NCBI RefSeq assembly: GCF_006345805.1
Contig: NC_042999.1
Coordinates: 130,572,001 to 130,636,000, forward strand
DNA: 64,000 bases
Source: Octopus sinensis
Taxonomy: Eukaryota
Direction of reading: 5' to 3'
Part shown: piece after piece, positions 57,990-64,000 of the stretch
How positions within the stretch are numbered: the first letter of the stretch is position 1
Layout of the letters: the number at the start of each line of letters is the position of its first letter
Notes under the pieces: generated by a model
What the model saw: the letters and a program-made list of their open reading frames with translations, nothing else
Database searches by the model: none
Told to the model about the DNA's origin: nothing
Position numbers and translations under genes: made by a program

Positions 57990-60400
57990 AAACCCCTTAT
58001 CAATTGTCCAGATGTCCTCTTTTATCTTATATTTTTCTAACCACATTAGTGTCCAGAGAGCAGCTGATTTCCTTTCCTTGTGGTCCGACGCAACAATATC
58101 TGACTGGTTTTGTTTTGACTTGAAAGCTGTTTTAATCTTTAAGTTCCATCAATATTCTTTTGACCCATCGATCTCAATATGGTCAACTTCGTTTGTAGCT
58201 GGGTTTTTTGTTATCCTGTTTTGGACTATTCTTCAGTCTTGGTTTTGCACAGCCCACATTTGTTGTCTGTCAACGTCTTCTGCTTTTTGCGTTGTAGGTG
58301 GAGATCTCTTGTTCTTGATTGCACGGAGATAGTCAATGAGGTGGGATGTCATAAACTTATCGGTAGTCCATGCTAAGATTTCGACATTATCACTCCATTC
58401 AATGGTTTGTATTTTATGCGCCAAGTACCCATCTACTATCTTCTCAATGAACTGGACCACTTTTTAAAATTCTGTTCTTCAGATAAATAGATTATATCAA
58501 CGCTTCTTGAGGAGAGATTTGTACCAACACTTATTTCATACCTTTCCTCAAGTTCATTGGCTATCTTAATTATGTTGCTGATTTCATGGTTAGAAACTTG
58601 GGTGAGATAGTTACTGGTCTCTTTCCTATGCTGCAGTTGTTGTTTCAGTGTCACAATACATGCTTCATATGACATTAGTACAGATTTCAGACCACGGCCA
58701 CCTTCTTACGTGGAAAGTATACCCTGTCTATATTTCTGTTGCTGTTAAAGTTTCGTGTAATACTGAGCAGCTTGCGAGTTCGAACATCTATCTCATTGAG
58801 TTCTTGTAGTGACAAGTTCAGAAGAACTAACGTAGGCATGAGGACAGTCACTGTAAACTTACTGTGAGCAATATGCTTGTTGTAAGCTGAGCGTTCTGAT
58901 GACCATATTTCCATTACCCTCCTGTGGTATTCATTCCTGGTCCTCTCCTTATTTATGAGTCCATCAAATCTGACATTCTCATCTTTTTCGAGATGTGTAT
59001 AACTGTAGAGGTTCTATTGTCAACGCGTTCGTTATTAGACTTTCAAAGTGGGCACAACTTCTCCACATTTTATTGTTACAAATGCACATTTGAACTCACT
59101 AAATTCTATTCTGATGTTTGCAGAAAATTTGGTTATGGGATCCACTTCTTTTTTTATGTGGTCGATAAAAAAATGGAAGATACTTCTGGATCCATTTCTA
59201 TGGTTATTATGTTTTGTGAGTAGGTATGATAATGGGCTTAATGAGAGGACGAAGAGCAACACCGACAGGCTATCACCCTGAAAGATACCTTTTTAGTAAT
59301 CCTGCTCTAGTTCTTTTAGCCATACAGCTTGTTTATTGAATTGATCGTTGGTTTCCCATACAGATCTTCTGTAGCCCTCAACTTCATCTTTTGTTGGACT
59401 ATCTTTTACTAAGACTGAGCCTTTTACATTGAAACTGCGATAAACTGACTTGGCAAATTACTCATTGAGCATTTGCTGTTAATATGCTGTAGATTTATAT
59501 TTTAGTTTTTTGGCAGTAGTTGTGAGTTGTTTCAGCTGGTGCACTTTGGAGTTTAGATTTGTGAATCCTGTATCACCAAATTGGCTCTCTAGCTTTTTTT
59601 TTCGGAGACCCTCCTGATGTTGTGTGAATTTGTTCTGTATGTTAGATGTCCTAACTACAACAATCTGTAACATACCTTTTTGTAAGAATAAAATATTATT
59701 TTGTAAGTTATATGCTTTCTGCTTGAATCTTGACAGCGTGGTTTCAGCTCTTTGTGGTACACTAGTAATGTAATAGCTGAGATAGATATCAAAAGATTAA
59801 TGGTTTTTAAGGTTGTTTTCATACTTCTGGACTGTGTGGTTTTCAGATATCTTTTTTTTTTATTGCTATTTCGTTTACTGCCTCTACTTCAACTGGGTTC
59901 TTTACTGGTGTTGTATGGCCTGTCATTCAAATTAAGATTGTGAACCTGTTGAAGCATATCATCCTTGATCATTTGCAAGGCGCCCACGAGTTTTTGGTGC
60001 TCTTCTGTTTGTACAATATGGGTATATATTTCAGCTGAATTGTTGATGTCTTGTTTACTGCTAGATTTAGCTGACCGTTCTGCCTGTCTGTCGATGGAAG
60101 TGAGATGATTATCTTCAACGGCTGGTTTTATAGTGCAAGCTTGCTTTGAATCAGGCATTTCCGTTAGATGTATCAGCTTACATCTAATGGTACGTTTTGC
60201 TTGTTCATTTAAATGTTTTGATGAAAAAATCTAATTCTGGGTGTTTGGAGTTCCACAAATTTTTTAGCTTTTGGTCAGGTTGCATACATACTTCATATAA
60301 ATCTTTGTTAAGATCGTAGGTCCATTGTATACTGTGATTGTAGTTACGATTTGGTTGAAGGGAACTTACACATTTAGCGATGATGGTTTTGTTTATTTAC
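57990..60400 (-). mobile_element. Internally deleted, decayed R4/Dong-like non-LTR retrotransposon
   Basis: N-terminal WTYDLNKDLYE...LWNSKHPEL; RT motif GIFQGDSLS.LLFVL; IWSSERSAYNKH...EIDVRTRKLL...IDRVYFPRK. Confidence 0.8.
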
Positions 60401-61319
60401 TGATAATTGTATTTATTTTTCAATATAGACAATGATCTTCTTTAAAAAGTTTCTAACTTCTGTCAGAATTAAATTTTAAGTTGTTCAAAGCTTGGGTAAT
60501 CTATCCTTTCATGTTGATTGAACGGTGTTTTTTTTTAACCAGCGCATGTGTTTATCATTATTGACGTAATGACCCTCCCAAGACGCAACAAGATTTGTTT
60601 CAACACACGAGTTCACATCAAGAATCTTACCAAATACAAAAACGAAGTACACAAACATATGTTAGGATGAAGAATACAGACATCTGTTTGAGATTTTTGA
60701 TAAAAAATATTTATTTTTATCGTAAACAAAAAGATCTTGTCGTTACTACGAACGACAAACACCGAGATAGTTCGAGGCTTATTGTTCTTGGTCTAGACAT
60801 GATAATAATCGGTGTCGTGAGTTTCTTGATGTTAGCTGGTTACTGTGTGTTGCTGTCGCTGTCCTTCATAGATTGTGTGTTGTGACAGAGCTCTGACCTG
60901 CTGCTGGTCCTATTACCTATAAGTTGTTTGTATTGTCGTGTGAAGATGAACAAATGTATTACCAAACAGCACGAATGGCAAGTATGTGCGTGTGCGTGCC
61001 CATGCATGCATTCACACACTACACACACACACGCACAGTCGTCTAAGAATGCAAAAGTCACAAAAATAGGCACTGACTGTCGTATTCTGTGTCCGGTCTG
61101 CCGTCTGATCGTAGTGTCTTAAGTGCGCTGAATATATAGTGGTTGTCTTGGTCAGAAAAAGCGCGTCAAAGATGAAATTGTAGTTAGATCAGGTTTCACA
61201 TGAAATCTTGAGCGGTAATATTTTTGCGAATCACGATCATATTCTTGAGTTTTTTCTTTTTTTTTTTTGCATCGGATGTAGTGATCCGGGTTCGATTACT
61301 AAGTTAAATGTTCTGCTAT

Positions 61320-61453
61320 ACATACATACATACATACATACATAAACACACACATCCATAAACACACACATACATACATACGTACATAAACACACACATA
61401 CATACATACATACACGCACACACATACGCACTCACACACACAGTCACGAGACG

Positions 61454-61495
<42 letters not shown>

Positions 61496-61509
61496 CACGC
61501 ACACACACA
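61320..61509. repeat. Compound (CATA)n/(CG)n/(CA)n microsatellite
   Basis: Direct reading. Confidence 0.95.
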
Positions 61510-61589
61510 GTAATAGGTAAGTACAATCCAGGAATCCAAACGTTAGAAGTTAGTAAGTTTCAAGGATGTATGCGGCTATTATAGACGAC

Positions 61590-61755
61590 CAGGGCCGGCT
61601 CAAGGTACCGGCAACTCGGGAAGTCGCCCGGTGTGCCATGTGCTAGGAGGCACCAAAGAGGACGTGACAAAGACAAGGAAATTTCCACGACCGTCAACTC
61701 GTGCACGCCGAAGTTCAGCTTGCCTGGGGCACCAGCAACCCTAGGGCTGGCCCTG
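61590..61755. mobile_element. hAT-type MITE (166 bp)
   Basis: TIR CAGGGCCGGC/GCTGGCCCTG; perfect 8-bp TSD TAGACGAC (61582-89 and 61756-63). Confidence 0.93.
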
Positions 61756-62199
61756 TAGACGACAAAAGGTGGACTTTAAGATAAAACGAGTTTATTAACA
61801 TCGCAAGTTCCTCATCTCGTCCCATACTGAAATCAAAAGAAATTTCGATAAGCTGGCGATGACAACTCACGTTTTAGCAACTAAGGTTGCTTAAACTGCG
61901 AATAAAGGTCCAATAAATTAAAGTTTCATAGCAGAGCGATGCTTGTTACATATGTAGTAACATACACAGAACTAGCTTAGCGAAGTTTCGGGTCCTATTA
62001 CCTATAAGTTGTTTGTATTGTCGTGTGGAGATGAACAAATGTATTACCAAACAGCACGAATGGCAAGTATGTGCGTGCACATGCATACATTCACACACTA
62101 CACACACACGCACAGTCGTCTAAGAATGCATAAGTCACAAAAATAGGCACTTATATATTTGTCAATAGAATGGGTATATTAAATAAAGTATTCAGCATT

Positions 62200-62404
62200 T
62201 GTTTCTTTATTACCCACAAGGGGCTAAACATAGAGGGGACAAACAAGGACAGACAAACGAATTAAGTCGATTACATCGACCCCAGTGCGAAAGGATGAAA
62301 GGCAAAGTCGACCTCGGTGGAATTTGAACGCAGAACGTAACGGCAGACGAAATACGGCTACGCATTTCGACCGGCGTGCTAACGGTTCTGCCAGCTCGCC
62401 GCCC
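62200..62404 (-). mobile_element. tRNA-derived SINE, family A, CpG-intact copy
   Basis: GGCGGCGAGCTGGCAGAACCG...GTTCAAATTCC head; flanked by 25-bp direct repeats. Confidence 0.9.
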
Positions 62405-64000
62405 TATATTAAACAAAGTATTCAGTATTATAATCATCTGCTACAGCTGATCTTACCAATCGGTTTTGCACTGATTATTAAAAGGACACGCGGTTTTACT
62501 CAACCATACTCTTACCTGGTTTAAATACCCAGTGCGAAACTAATTGCTAAGATTGGTTATAATCTATAATACCTTGATTAAAATATACGTATATTTGTGC
62601 GCACGCGTGGTGTGTGTGCGCGTGCGCGCGCGCTTAGCAAACGTACCAGCATAACAGAGACATAAAGAGAAGGTGGAGAGACAGGAAGTTGTCTTCAGGT
62701 ACTTTCAATCTTTGCAACGTAATTGCAACAGAGCGTGATTATAAATATGTATTTAATGTGTATTATAAATCAGCCTTGTGGAAAGGGCAAATAAACTGTT
62801 ACTGGCGTTAAGAAATTTATATGGCAGCATAAGATTGACAACCGGAACTTAATTACAAAAGTGCAGTGTCGTTATGAATGATTAGCGAACTCGAGTGAAC
62901 TTCCTCTCTCTATTACATTTAAGTACTTACGTACGTAACAGGTAACAGCTAACCTTTCGGCGCTGATTTGGACCCCGTTGTGTTTACCATTCTAATTGGT
63001 TGGTATTGGCGCAATTTGTCTATTACTCTATCGTGCGCCAGTATGCAACCCAACCAATCACATCCTTCAAATAAGTCAGGTGAGACAGTCTGTTCCAACA
63101 ACATTTGAGCCTACCATCAGCTATAAAAGCTCACTTCCTTCTAGTCTCAATGTCTGTTGGTTCCCGACCTTCTAAGGTCTAACCACTGACCACATTGCAG
63201 CGACCTCCATCTTCGTTGCCACCATCATGTCTCTCACCAACGTCGTCAACAACATCTACACAGCACCAACATACTGCACTGGTTCTAACATATCGCTGTC
63301 CGCGAGCTTTCTTCACCAGGGTTAACAGCTAACATACAACCCACGCAATTGCATGTAGATATAGGAATAAATATCCATCAACCACTTCCATTCAGCTTGT
63401 GTATATATACGTGTGACCACAATAAACTATTTAAAGTTATCACCTTTGTTCCATGCATTTCTTTACCGGGTTCCTACCACAATAACATTACAGCCTCTGA
63501 GCGGAGTCACATTGGATAGAACAACAACCTATCCATCTAAAAATGAATGCATTTATGTAAATAACATACGATATATTTGTAGTAGATTTTGCAAGCATGA
63601 AGTGGATTCGATCCACCATAGCCAAATTTAAATTAACATTGCAACAGAACTTTTCCCACGATGGAACAATGTTTTTTTCTCTGACAGCAGTTTTACATTT
63701 TCCAGATGCCTTTAGTTAGGCCGAAATAATGTCTTCACCACTTGACCCTTTCTAACCTCTTCTACTTCACCAAAAGCTAGAATAGAGATAATAAGACCAC
63801 CAACTAAGTCTATTGTTCTCAATGAAATATCTATCCTTCTAGACAGTTATAAAAGCAAGCATATCCCAAGCAAAAATCAGTTAGTCACCAGTCGGTGACG
63901 ACTGAATCAGGTTAGTCACATCGTGACGACTCTTAGGGAACGGACTGCTAGAATCATGATCTCAAGGAATACCTCTACTAAATATAATGGTCAGAAAGAG

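Larger units (their letters stand above)
60906..62151 (+). repeat. Pair of about 165-bp direct repeats (60906-61074 and 61991-62151)
   Basis: GGTCCTATTACCTATAAG...AAAATAGGCACT twice, differing mainly in CA/GT run length. Confidence 0.95.

Noticed and set aside
60595-60885. 96-aa ORF with a hydrophobic C-terminus
   Set aside because: No homology recognised and a non-ATG start; it may be UTR of the adjacent retroelement.
61237-61526. Cys/Val-rich ORFs (also at 24363-24898)
   Set aside because: Translations of CA/TG microsatellites.

Overview
AT-rich eukaryotic genomic DNA. The repeat families (RTE 3' ends with (GAT)n tails, tRNA-derived SINEs) resemble those I recall from octopus/cephalopod genomes; this species call is inference. 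Three complete multi-exon genes were reconstructed by hand with consistent splice phases: RPUSD2 (+, 11 exons, 5074/5284-26991), FBXO22 (+, 5 exons, 30244-41630) and MED27 (-, 8 exons, 57245-46093, with one GC-AG intron). The rest is a dense field of RTE, CR1, R4-like and CRE-like retroelement fragments, mariner/Tc1 relics, hAT and piggyBac-type MITEs, SINEs and microsatellites, plus a probable DUF4806-like pseudogene at the left edge. Most notable leads: (1) a Penelope-like GIY-YIG element in FBXO22 intron 3 whose 3' part is a tRNA-like head + (AAT)n + hammerhead-ribozyme core on the sense strand; (2) an in-frame upstream ATG giving RPUSD2 a 70-aa mitochondrial-presequence-like extension; (3) inverted RTE tails bracketing single exons. 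No prokaryotic-type system or CRISPR array was seen.
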